DNA from: Euryarchaeota archaeon UBA40
GTDB lineage: Archaea; Thermoplasmatota; Poseidoniia; Poseidoniales; Thalassarchaeaceae
DNA: 43,313 nt
NCBI GenBank assembly: GCA_002506875.1
Contig: DAYJ01000014.1
Location: forward strand, 1 to 43,313
Reading direction: 5' to 3'
Shown here: positions 15,498-23,903 of the stretch, piece after piece
Position numbering within the stretch: position 1 is the stretch's first letter
How the letters are laid out: every line of letters begins with the position of its first letter
Translations under genes and position numbers: made by a program
The notes under the pieces: model-generated
The model's input: only the letters and a program-made list of their open reading frames with translations
What the model was told of the DNA's origin: nothing
Database searches by the model: none

Positions 15498-18368
15498 ATG
15501 ACATTGCAAAATCCATCTACTGGACAGAGGACTTGGGCCGCTATCGAATCCGATCTTAAGATTCGGCAACCCGCTTCGGATCAGAACATGACCCTTCATT
15601 TCGGTCGATGGGAAGATCAACCTCACCAACATCTACCAGTTGCCCGTATGTTTGCGGGGCCATGGAAAGGTATTCTCGTAGCTGATGAAGTGGGCCTTGG
15701 AAAAACCATATCTGCGATGATCTCGATTCGAGAACTCCATGCTAGAGGTGAAACGGGAGGTATTCTAATTGCTTGTCCAGGGAGCCTGCGATCAAAATGG
15801 AAGAACGAACTCGCACATCGAGTCGACCTTGAAGCAAAAACGCCCGCGACCTGCGCCTCCTTCCTCGAAGAACTCGATGCTCTACAGAACGGCTCAAACA
15901 ATGTTGTAATCGTCAGTCACGGTGTTCTCCGGCGAGCCGAAACGCTTGATTCGATGGTAGGTCAAAGGATGGATTTACTCATGACAATTGTCGATGAAGC
16001 CCACCATGTTCGAAATCCGAAATCAAGGCTTCATGATGCGGTCCAAATGCTCTTCCTATCATCGCGCTGGAAGATGCTTCTCACAGCAACACCAGTCAAT
16101 CTTGATAATGAGGATCTTTTTGTCTTACTCTCTCTCATCGCTCCAGATCGATGGCCTGATATCCATTCCTTTCGTGCTACTATGTCCCCCACTGCCACAA
16201 TACACAGTGCTATCGATGCAGTATGTACAAAACCAATTCAAGCCGATCAACTCAGAAATGAAATCGGTCGATTAAGCAATTACGTCGCAATGCAAGATGA
16301 TCCTCGATTGAGGGATATTCGAGTTCTATCTGCTGAAGGTGAATATCTTTCATCAAAATCACATCGTGAACTTGTCGACCTATTGAGAGAGATGTTGCCG
16401 CTGAACGACATGCTCGTTCGAACGCGGCGGAAAGACCTCGACATGGAGCTTGCTCAACGATCTCCGGTCATACTTCACGTCAATCTAACCGAAGAAGAAT
16501 GGGCTCTCTACAGGGCAGCACGAACCTGGTCATATCGGCTCCAGCGTCTAAGAGATCCCGATGGTGGCTTTGATTGGGCATCGATTATGCCAGAACGAAT
16601 GGCATCATCCTGTCTGCAAGCCTACGCATCCCATGTGCTCCATAAAATCGAGAAAGTATTGGAGACTCCTCCCGATGAAGAGGAAGAAGACGCTCGAATT
16701 ATTGATGCATGGAGGAACTTGCCGGAACATCGAGAACTTGTACGCGCAGCGAAATCTCTTGGGCATCGAGATACGAAATATGAGGCGCTAATCGGATGGC
16801 TAAGGAAACAAGAAACAACAGATGGTTTTGATGGAGGGGTCCTCCTATTCTCCCAATTCCATGGTACCCTTGAACACCTTCTGAAAAAATTGAACGATGA
16901 CGGGCTCAGAGCAGAGTTGCTGACTGGAAAAACGCCACTTGCAAGACGAGATGAAATCCGAGAGCGGTTCGCTCGTGGCGAAATGGATGTACTCCTAAGC
17001 AGCGAAGTCGGAACAGAAGGGCTCGATCAACAACACTGCCATCGACTCGTCAACTACGACCTCCCATGGAATCCAATGAAGCTAGAGCAGCGAATTGGGA
17101 GGTTAGATCGCTATGGACAGAGGAGTCCCGTAATACACATCGCAAACATGTGTGTTCAAGGTACGATCGATGCTGCAATCCTAGGTCGATTGCTATTCCG
17201 TATCCAGATCTTTGAAACATCTCTTGGAATGGTTGACCCGATGCTAGGTCGAGCCGTCCGTGTTCTTGCTCAGAACGAGATCTCACGAAATGCCGTCAGA
17301 GAGGATGCAGAACCAGGTTTCCAATTCATGGATCTTGACCATTATCTTGAGATTGAGAATGACGAGGACGTCGAGGAGATTCTTCAGGAGAGAAATCGAT
17401 GGGTTACCGAATCGGCACTCAAAGAGCGAGAGGTCATTGGAGCGGATCCAGGTGTTCGACGCGTACGTTCTGCAATGGAAGAGCATCGAGTAGATGTCAA
17501 ACCAGAAGATGTCCGACGGCAAATCGAACGTTGGATGATTACGAATGGAGGGGATCACTACGAAGCGTCTGACGGCGTCTGGATGATTCGGTTATCCAAT
17601 GAATGTCTGGAGAAATTGAGTTCATCCAGACACGGAACGACGGATTGGAAGGAGCTCATATGCCGACTCAGTCGACGTGCTGGACCACAATGGCTTGAGA
17701 TCACGTATAGTCAAGCCATCGCTCGAGAACGTACTGATCTTGAATTTGTCAATCCTTGGCATCCTCTGATGCGTATTTCTCTCGATGAATCTACCCGAGT
17801 GTTCGGAGAGGATGTGATTGCCTCTGAAATTCTTAGTGTGGGGTCTGCCGACTCTCTTCCCACTGGAACTGCTTGTGTCGTGGCAATTGAGTGGCGAGTT
17901 CATGGGCTCAACGAACACCGAATTCGGCGATGGCTTGCTCTAGATGAAAAGTTCAATCCGCTCATTACCCTCGACCACAATCCGTGGATGGATACCGAGG
18001 AAATACCTCGAGTAATAATGCGAGACGATTCCTTGATTCAACACTTAGAAGAAGCTCGAACTCGACTCCATGGTGAATTACTATTCCATGAAAGAAATCG
18101 ATTAGCCCCCTTGCTGAATGAACTGACTATCAATACTAATGCGGCGTGGAAATCAAGAATTGAAGCAGAAGAAGTACAAATACAGAAAGCAGAATGGAAT
18201 GCTACGCTCCGTGACGAAATTGTCGATATACGGTGGTTGCGTATGAAGCGGGGTATCATCAATCGGCTCCATGAGCAATTGAACGAACGTATCGAAGAGA
18301 TAGACAGAATTAGGCAATCTATGCAAGCAAGCATAGCCATTCCAATCGTTGTCCTTATCGGGGAATAA
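15498..18368 (+). CDS. SNF2-family ATPase with a RapA/HepA-like core and a ~370-aa uncharacterised C-terminal region
   Basis: VADEVGLGKT (motif I), VDEAHHVRN (II), LLLTATPVN (III), LLSSEVGTEGLDQQ (V), QRIGRLDRYGQ (VI). These are near-identical to the RapA motif wording as I recall it. There is no long N-terminal domain. Confidence 0.9.
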   Translation: MTLQNPSTGQRTWAAIESDLKIRQPASDQNMTLHFGRWEDQPHQHLPVARMFAGPWKGILVADEVGLGKTISAMISIRELHARGETGGILIACPGSLRSKWKNELAHRVDLEAKTPATCASFLEELDALQNGSNNVVIVSHGVLRRAETLDSMVGQRMDLLMTIVDEAHHVRNPKSRLHDAVQMLFLSSRWKMLLTATPVNLDNEDLFVLLSLIAPDRWPDIHSFRATMSPTATIHSAIDAVCTKPIQADQLRNEIGRLSNYVAMQDDPRLRDIRVLSAEGEYLSSKSHRELVDLLREMLPLNDMLVRTRRKDLDMELAQRSPVILHVNLTEEEWALYRAARTWSYRLQRLRDPDGGFDWASIMPERMASSCLQAYASHVLHKIEKVLETPPDEEEEDARIIDAWRNLPEHRELVRAAKSLGHRDTKYEALIGWLRKQETTDGFDGGVLLFSQFHGTLEHLLKKLNDDGLRAELLTGKTPLARRDEIRERFARGEMDVLLSSEVGTEGLDQQHCHRLVNYDLPWNPMKLEQRIGRLDRYGQRSPVIHIANMCVQGTIDAAILGRLLFRIQIFETSLGMVDPMLGRAVRVLAQNEISRNAVREDAEPGFQFMDLDHYLEIENDEDVEEILQERNRWVTESALKEREVIGADPGVRRVRSAMEEHRVDVKPEDVRRQIERWMITNGGDHYEASDGVWMIRLSNECLEKLSSSRHGTTDWKELICRLSRRAGPQWLEITYSQAIARERTDLEFVNPWHPLMRISLDESTRVFGEDVIASEILSVGSADSLPTGTACVVAIEWRVHGLNEHRIRRWLALDEKFNPLITLDHNPWMDTEEIPRVIMRDDSLIQHLEEARTRLHGELLFHERNRLAPLLNELTINTNAAWKSRIEAEEVQIQKAEWNATLRDEIVDIRWLRMKRGIINRLHEQLNERIEEIDRIRQSMQASIAIPIVVLIGE

Positions 18369-18377
18369 CACCGAGAA

Positions 18378-18980
18378 TCACAAAAATCGACCGGGAGGAG
18401 GATCGACTGTATCGATTAGAGGATTCAACTCGTTCACGTGTGTCTTCAAACCCTCAACTGTAGACCCTTTCATTGCCATAGACCTCATTAGGACTCTGCG
18501 AGTTGAATCATCGATTCTCATATCGAGGCTCCGCATTCTAACACGCAGACGATCGTGAAGGCGTTCACCAGTTCGGTCCCAATCCATCATCAACATCACA
18601 GATGCACCGCCATCAAACGGATTTCTCCGCCCATACCTGTCATGGAGATGAGCAATCAATCGACTCTGACTCCAACCCCTGTTGACCAGTTCAATGGGGC
18701 CATCAAAACCTAAGGCACGAAGTGTCTCAAGATCTCTGCGCCCTTCGACTATAATTGGGCATCCAGAACCGCCTTGGATAGGATTCCTATTTCTTGACCT
18801 CGCACGAGCAAGTGCACGAGCAGAGGACATGAGGGACTCTTCTCCTAGAGGATTTCGACGACCAAAGTTGGATGACATCAGAATTCTTTCTCCATACCTA
18901 TCCGGTACCCATCGGCACGCCGAAGTTCGAAGCCCCCTTGGTAGAACGATTTTACAAGGTAGTTCTTGAATGCGAAGCAT
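18378..18980 (-). CDS. Small Toprim-domain protein (COG1658 / UPF0292-like)
   Basis: PIIVEGRRDLETLRALG (Toprim Glu) and VMLMMDWDRTGERL (DxD). The true start is probably internal (ATG 18878 or 18830), which would leave a realistic divergent promoter region toward coxB. Confidence 0.65.
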   Translation of the reverse strand: MLRIQELPCKIVLPRGLRTSACRWVPDRYGERILMSSNFGRRNPLGEESLMSSARALARARSRNRNPIQGGSGCPIIVEGRRDLETLRALGFDGPIELVNRGWSQSRLIAHLHDRYGRRNPFDGGASVMLMMDWDRTGERLHDRLRVRMRSLDMRIDDSTRRVLMRSMAMKGSTVEGLKTHVNELNPLIDTVDPPPGRFL

Positions 18981-19030
18981 AGAATCTCTCTAATCAAAGG
19001 AATTCTTGCCCACTCAACCATCTACTAACT

Positions 19031-19831
19031 ATGGGTCTTGAGTATGGATGGTTGAGGCCCACGAATGCTTATCTACGGGAGTCAAGACGCTTTGAACGAG
19101 GGTTGGGAATGGGCATAGCGAGCGCCGCATTCGACAGTCTTTGGAATGAGTACTTGGTATGGTCCGCAATCGTCGGTTCTATCACGTTTATTTGGCTAGC
19201 ACACCACTCACTCACCTACCGCTCAAAAGATGAGGGGGATGATTGGGTTGATGTCGACGGAATAGAAGTAGGCGTCTTCCCAAAACACAACGACAACATC
19301 TCCCTTGAACTAGCATGGACGATTATTCCATTTATCCTCATCATCTACTTGACATGGATTTCTTGGGGCCCGATTAACGATATCTGGGCAGACCCTACTG
19401 ATCCTGACAGCCAGTATGGCCTCGATTGCACGGATGCTGCTGCTGACCCAAACAAGTGCTACCACACCATCGATATTCAAGCGCAGCAATGGTTCTGGTC
19501 CATCGACTGCCGTGACCTCGGGCCTACACTCTGTGATGCATCACAGTATCAAGATTTGAATGGAACTACAGTCCCGGTGATATCTTTGAAAGAAGGGCAA
19601 TTCTATCTCGCAAATCTCACTTCAATCGATGTAACCCATGCTCCATGGTTCGTAGCATTCGGGGTGAAAGAGGATTCAGTACCAGGACTTGACACTCAGG
19701 TCTGGATTATTCCGACCTGTGATGAAGCCGACTGTGGCGGAGAAGAGGGAGAATCATCCCTACTTCTATGCACAGAATATTGCGGTGACGATCACGCCTA
19801 CATGGCCGCTGTGGTGAATGTTCACAAGTAA
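19031..19831 (+). CDS. coxB: Heme-copper (cytochrome c / aa3-type) oxidase subunit II with a CuA centre
   Basis: Two N-terminal TM helices and a cupredoxin domain. CuA ligands are DVTHA ... CTEYCGDDHAYM (H, C-x-E-x-C-G-x2-H-x2-M). No fused cytochrome c domain. An alternative start lies at 19109 (MGIASAAF). Confidence 0.9.
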   Translation: MGLEYGWLRPTNAYLRESRRFERGLGMGIASAAFDSLWNEYLVWSAIVGSITFIWLAHHSLTYRSKDEGDDWVDVDGIEVGVFPKHNDNISLELAWTIIPFILIIYLTWISWGPINDIWADPTDPDSQYGLDCTDAAADPNKCYHTIDIQAQQWFWSIDCRDLGPTLCDASQYQDLNGTTVPVISLKEGQFYLANLTSIDVTHAPWFVAFGVKEDSVPGLDTQVWIIPTCDEADCGGEEGESSLLLCTEYCGDDHAYMAAVVNVHK

Positions 19832-19843
19832 GGTGTTGAAGAT

Positions 19844-22234
19844 ATGAAGCAGAATACTCTTCTTCGAACTCTTGTCCTACTAACCGTTCTCGGCCTAGCT
19901 CTAAGCATGGCACCTCAAGCAGATTCTTTGCCCAATGGGATTATTGGACAAAGCGAAAAGGGGTGCACTTGCCACGGTGCCATCCCTGATTCCGGTGTGA
20001 CTCCTTCCATCGAGGGGCTCCCGGCGACATTCAACGCCAGTACTACCTACACCTTGACTATTTCATTCACAGGAGGGCCTTCGGGGCAATCAGGTGACCC
20101 CCACAACCTGGGAGGATTCAATTTAGCTGTATCTTCTGGAATTCTCGAAGCAGTCGATGATACTGTCAAGATTGATGCAGATCAAGCCACTCATAATGGA
20201 ATTGATGATGATTTAGATGGGAATGGAATTCAAGATGCAATCGAAGCCGGAGGGGCTGCAATCGTCAGTGGTAACGATTACACCTCATGGTTAGTCAACT
20301 GGACATCGCCGTCAAGCGGATCAAGCACTTTCACACTTGCAGTCAATTCTGTTAACGGAGATGGGCAAGCAAGCGCCGATGACGCTTGGAATCTAATGGC
20401 CATTACAGTTGCAGGACCCTCTACTGGAGCAGCGGCCGAGGAATTACAATCTGCAGATCCCTTTGTCGTACTTGTAACACTCATCATCGTGTCTGCATTC
20501 TTACTCGCCACCGTCATCCTCTACACATTCTATCGAGTTAGCCCGGACGGATTTAACTGGGAAAGTTTCGCCCCATGGATTATTGAGTGGTTAACATCCA
20601 CGGATCACAAGAAAGTTGGGACTCTCTACTTCCTAGCAGGATTCTTCTTCCTAGGCGTGGGAGGAATCATGGCTCTTCTAATCCGAATCCAACTTGCTGT
20701 CCCAGGCAATGATTTCCTCACTCAAGACCAATACAATGCATTCTTCACGATGCATGGAACGACGATGATTTTCTTGGCTGCTATGCCATTAATCAATGGA
20801 TTAGCGAATTGGCTAATCCCACTACAAATAGGAGCCCATGACCTTGCTCTTCCACGAATCAACGCGATGTCTTTCTGGCTACAACCATTCGCAGCTATAC
20901 TGATTTTCACAGGTGTATTCAGTGGGCAAGCTGCTGATGTAGGATGGACTGGATACGCGCCTTACATTGTCTCAGAAACCGCGCATACTGGAACTACACT
21001 ATGGGTTGCTGGACAAATTATGCTGGTAGCATCGTCCACACTTACTGGAATCAATTTCCTAGCAACGATTTGTGGCATGAGAGCCCCGGGTATGGGTTGG
21101 ATGCAGATGCCGTTGTTCACTTGGTCTATCTTCATAGCCAATCTGATGCTCTTCCTTTCCATCCCGGCTTGGGGTGTTGGACTTATTCAGGTCTATCTAG
21201 ATCGTACCATTGGCACTGCATTCTACCATGTTGCATCCGGAGGAGACCCACTTCTGTGGAGTCATCTATTCTGGTACTTCGGCCATCCAGAGGTGTACGT
21301 AGTGATTGTTCCAGCCTTCGGTGTAATCTCTGAAGTTCTTGCCACCTCTGCAAGGCGCTCCGTCTTTGGATATCGGTCGATGGTCTACGCAATGGCAGGC
21401 ATCGGTGTAGTGGCCTTCATCGTATATGGCCACCATATGTTTACCTCTGGAATGTCCCCTACCCTCCGCTTCGTAACCATGCTCACAACGATGCTTGTCG
21501 CTGTCCCAACTGGAATCAAGATATTCAATTGGCTCAAGACAATGCACAAAGGATCTCTTGTCTATCGGACTCATACTCTATGGGCGCTAGGATTCCTCGT
21601 AACATTCACCCTCGGTGGAATCTCAGGGATGTTCTTCCCCTCGCTAGCCATGGATACTCATCTACACGAGACATACTTCGTCGTTGCACATTTCCATTAC
21701 GTATTCGTAGGTGGAACTGTATTCGGCGTGTTCTCTGCTGTATACTACTGGTTCCCTAAGATGTCAGGGCGGATGATGGACGAAAAGTGGGGACTCCTAC
21801 ACTTCCTAACCGGATTTATTTCCTTCAATGGTATCTTTTGGCCAATGCACAAGCTTGGTGTCCTTGGAATGGCTCGACGTCACCACACATGGTTCATTAC
21901 AACGGATGATTACGCAAATATCCCAGCAGAAATGGCATCTTGGAACTTATTCATCACTGCCTGCGCTTTCCTCTTCTTCTTCTCAAACTTCATACTCGTC
22001 GGGAATATAATCAAGACGATAGTGTCCGGCAAGAAAGCTCCAGCAGATCCATGGGGGGGTTGGTCCTTTGAGTGGATGTGCTCCTCGCCGCCACCAACTC
22101 CTTCGTTCGATCCACACAATCCACCAGTTCTTCGAGATGCGAACGAACATATTGCATCCGAGCCTTCACGGCTTGCAAAATGGTTTGAAGGTCTCATGAT
22201 GGCAGAAGAAGACGATTCGGAGGTGAGTCATTGA
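19844..22234 (+). CDS. coxA: Heme-copper oxidase subunit I fused to a ~240-aa N-terminal secreted domain plus an extra TM helix
   Basis: The core starts near aa 245 (STDHKKVGTLYF, FFTMHGTTMIFL, WSHLFWYFGHPEVYVVIVPAFG, GHHMF, VAHFHYVF). An AAGGTG SD lies 8 nt upstream of the ATG. The N-terminal part has a signal peptide and no oxidase homology. Confidence 0.95.
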   Translation: MKQNTLLRTLVLLTVLGLALSMAPQADSLPNGIIGQSEKGCTCHGAIPDSGVTPSIEGLPATFNASTTYTLTISFTGGPSGQSGDPHNLGGFNLAVSSGILEAVDDTVKIDADQATHNGIDDDLDGNGIQDAIEAGGAAIVSGNDYTSWLVNWTSPSSGSSTFTLAVNSVNGDGQASADDAWNLMAITVAGPSTGAAAEELQSADPFVVLVTLIIVSAFLLATVILYTFYRVSPDGFNWESFAPWIIEWLTSTDHKKVGTLYFLAGFFFLGVGGIMALLIRIQLAVPGNDFLTQDQYNAFFTMHGTTMIFLAAMPLINGLANWLIPLQIGAHDLALPRINAMSFWLQPFAAILIFTGVFSGQAADVGWTGYAPYIVSETAHTGTTLWVAGQIMLVASSTLTGINFLATICGMRAPGMGWMQMPLFTWSIFIANLMLFLSIPAWGVGLIQVYLDRTIGTAFYHVASGGDPLLWSHLFWYFGHPEVYVVIVPAFGVISEVLATSARRSVFGYRSMVYAMAGIGVVAFIVYGHHMFTSGMSPTLRFVTMLTTMLVAVPTGIKIFNWLKTMHKGSLVYRTHTLWALGFLVTFTLGGISGMFFPSLAMDTHLHETYFVVAHFHYVFVGGTVFGVFSAVYYWFPKMSGRMMDEKWGLLHFLTGFISFNGIFWPMHKLGVLGMARRHHTWFITTDDYANIPAEMASWNLFITACAFLFFFSNFILVGNIIKTIVSGKKAPADPWGGWSFEWMCSSPPPTPSFDPHNPPVLRDANEHIASEPSRLAKWFEGLMMAEEDDSEVSH
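22219..22226 (+). promoter_or_regulatory. Shine-Dalgarno sequence (GGAGGTGA) for coxC
   Basis: It lies 4 nt upstream of the TTG start at 22231, which overlaps the coxA TGA stop (TTGA). This supports the non-ATG start. Confidence 0.6.
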
Positions 22235-23385
22235 GCGCAGATTACGGCCATGATAATCATGACCATCATGCCTCCCCCTGGGGACCTCATGATTGGAGTC
22301 ACGGTGCACCGCACAACTCGTTTGCACCGCTAATCATGAGCGCTGGTTTTGCGATGTTCCTATACGGATTTGCCCATGTCTTCATCGGTGGAGATGTTGC
22401 TGATCTTGGCGCACTTAGTGGTGTAATGCTTGGCCTAATCATTATCACAATGGGCTTGCTCGTCTGGTGGCGGCAAGATATGTCAGCAGATGGAGTATAC
22501 GAACCAAAGGCAACTGGTGCACCATTCCGTAATATCGATATTCGCAAGGTTTCGATGTGGATTTTCTTGATGTCCGAGATGATGGTATTCACCAGTCTAT
22601 TCAGTACCTATATCCGCTATCGTCTAGGCATCCAAAACTGTGGAGACGTCTTCCTCTCTGGGGAATGGGTCGAAGGTACGTCCGTGGTATGCTTTGAGCC
22701 CGCAGCACATCTAATTGCAAGCAGTTGGTTCCATCTCGCACCAGGAGCAGTGAACACATTTGCTTTGATTATCTCATCATTCACTATTGTCCTTGCACTC
22801 AAGACTGCGAAGATGAGCGACAAAAAGTACGCTGATAAGTATGAAATTGATATGGAAAGTGTCCAGAAGCATCGAAGTCGCAAGGTTGCTATGTTCCTTG
22901 GCTCGACCCTCTTCCTCGCAACACTCTTCCTAACGCTGAAGATGATTGAATGGTTCATTGGTTTCCCTACCCCTGGTCCTCTGACTGACCTAAATCACGG
23001 CCACTCAGAAATTGCCTCACTTTACACTGAAGGATACACTATCCATGCAAATTCATACCAGCATTACGCGTATGATACATCATATCACGATGGCCACGAG
23101 ATCCCTCACGACAGCGCCCTCTACAGCATGATGCAAGCAGGAACGCATCCAGGTGGAGTGATGATGGCGGATATCCGAGTTGGTGCTTCGACCTTCTTCG
23201 TGACAACAGGCACCCACGGAGTACACGTCCTCGCAGGAATGATTGGGCTATCCTACATGACTTTCAAGGGACTCCGTGGAGGCTATGGTCCTTCGAATGC
23301 TGTTTCGATTGAATACTTCGGCCTTTACTGGCACTTCGTTGACCTAGTATGGGTGCTCGTCTTCCCATTCTTCTATCTGTTCTGA
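22231..23385 (+). CDS. coxC: Heme-copper oxidase subunit III, enlarged (384 aa)
   Basis: The C-terminal signature GLYWHFVDLVWVLVFPFFYLF is present, with multiple TM helices. TTG start with a strong SD. It has a His-rich N-terminus and a His/Tyr-rich loop insertion. Confidence 0.85.
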   Translation: MSADYGHDNHDHHASPWGPHDWSHGAPHNSFAPLIMSAGFAMFLYGFAHVFIGGDVADLGALSGVMLGLIIITMGLLVWWRQDMSADGVYEPKATGAPFRNIDIRKVSMWIFLMSEMMVFTSLFSTYIRYRLGIQNCGDVFLSGEWVEGTSVVCFEPAAHLIASSWFHLAPGAVNTFALIISSFTIVLALKTAKMSDKKYADKYEIDMESVQKHRSRKVAMFLGSTLFLATLFLTLKMIEWFIGFPTPGPLTDLNHGHSEIASLYTEGYTIHANSYQHYAYDTSYHDGHEIPHDSALYSMMQAGTHPGGVMMADIRVGASTFFVTTGTHGVHVLAGMIGLSYMTFKGLRGGYGPSNAVSIEYFGLYWHFVDLVWVLVFPFFYLF

Positions 23386-23390
23386 GGTGA
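23384..23390 (+). promoter_or_regulatory. Shine-Dalgarno sequence (GAGGTGA) for the subunit IV-like gene
   Basis: It overlaps the coxC stop and lies 6 nt upstream of ATG 23397. Confidence 0.6.
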
Positions 23391-23396
23391 TGAAAT

Positions 23397-23726
23397 ATGG
23401 CACACTACACGATTTTAGGAAAAGATCCCTACTGGATGAACTTCTGGGGTCTGATGATACTTACTGCAATTGAGGTGGCTGCTGTCGGTGTTGAATTAGG
23501 CGACACTATTACGATGAGTATTCTTATCGGAATCGCTATCCCGAAGTTCATCATGATTGCAGCGATTTTCATGCACCTATACGGCGATGCGGATTCAAAA
23601 ATCCTCACAATGACGGCGCTCTTCCCAGCGTTCTTCATCATCGTCATGGTTTTCTTCATCGGCCTAACTAGCCCGGGAACCGCAACCGAGCTCCCTGCAT
23701 GGTGCCGACCCGGATATTGGACCTGA
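23397..23726 (+). CDS. Small 3-TM protein, prokaryotic cytochrome oxidase subunit IV-like (caa3 CoxD/COX4_pro-like)
   Basis: It sits in the fourth operon position with three hydrophobic helices. LTAIEVAAV and KFIMIAAIFMHL resemble the COX4_pro pattern. Confidence 0.6.
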   Translation: MAHYTILGKDPYWMNFWGLMILTAIEVAAVGVELGDTITMSILIGIAIPKFIMIAAIFMHLYGDADSKILTMTALFPAFFIIVMVFFIGLTSPGTATELPAWCRPGYWT

Positions 23727-23770
23727 AATGCACAAAGCGTGAAATCTACCTTAGGATTCGAACACCTGTA

Positions 23771-23853
23771 GCTGACGTCGCATAGCCTGGTATTGCGCCG
23801 GATTTGAAATCCGGTGTCCCTTGGACTCGGGAGTTCGAATCTCTCCGTCAGCG
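23771..23853 (+). tRNA. tRNA-Ser (anticodon UGA), class II with a long variable arm
   Basis: I folded this by hand. Acceptor GCTGACG/CGTCAGC. Anticodon stem CCGGA/TCCGG with loop TTTGAAA. Variable arm GTCC-CTT-GGAC. T arm GGGAG-TTCGAAT-CTCTC. Discriminator G. CCA is not encoded. Confidence 0.9.
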
Positions 23854-23903
23854 CCTACCTTCAACTCGGGAAATCTATTCAACGCCGATGTTGCTCCGTA
23901 ACC

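Noticed and set aside
15498-18980. SNF2 helicase plus Toprim protein as a two-gene anti-phage defence system (DISARM, Gabija or PARIS-like logic).
   Set aside because: The genes are convergent, with stops 9 nt apart, so they are not an operon. The Toprim protein is small and matches the conserved archaeal UPF0292/COG1658 type rather than OLD- or AriB-like nucleases. No methylase, nuclease or ATPase partner is present.
19964-19975. CTCH in the CoxA N-terminal domain as a heme c attachment site.
   Set aside because: The spacing is C-x-C-H, not the canonical C-x-x-C-H. No cytochrome c maturation genes are in the window. I kept it only as a possible metal or cofactor ligand cluster within the domain-fusion finding.
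23814-23903. The ORF-track start of the 536-aa ORF, which lies inside tRNA-Ser.
   Set aside because: It would overlap the tRNA by 40 nt. The internal ATG at 23904 yields a proper signal peptide with a lipobox-like LVGC, so I trimmed the gene.
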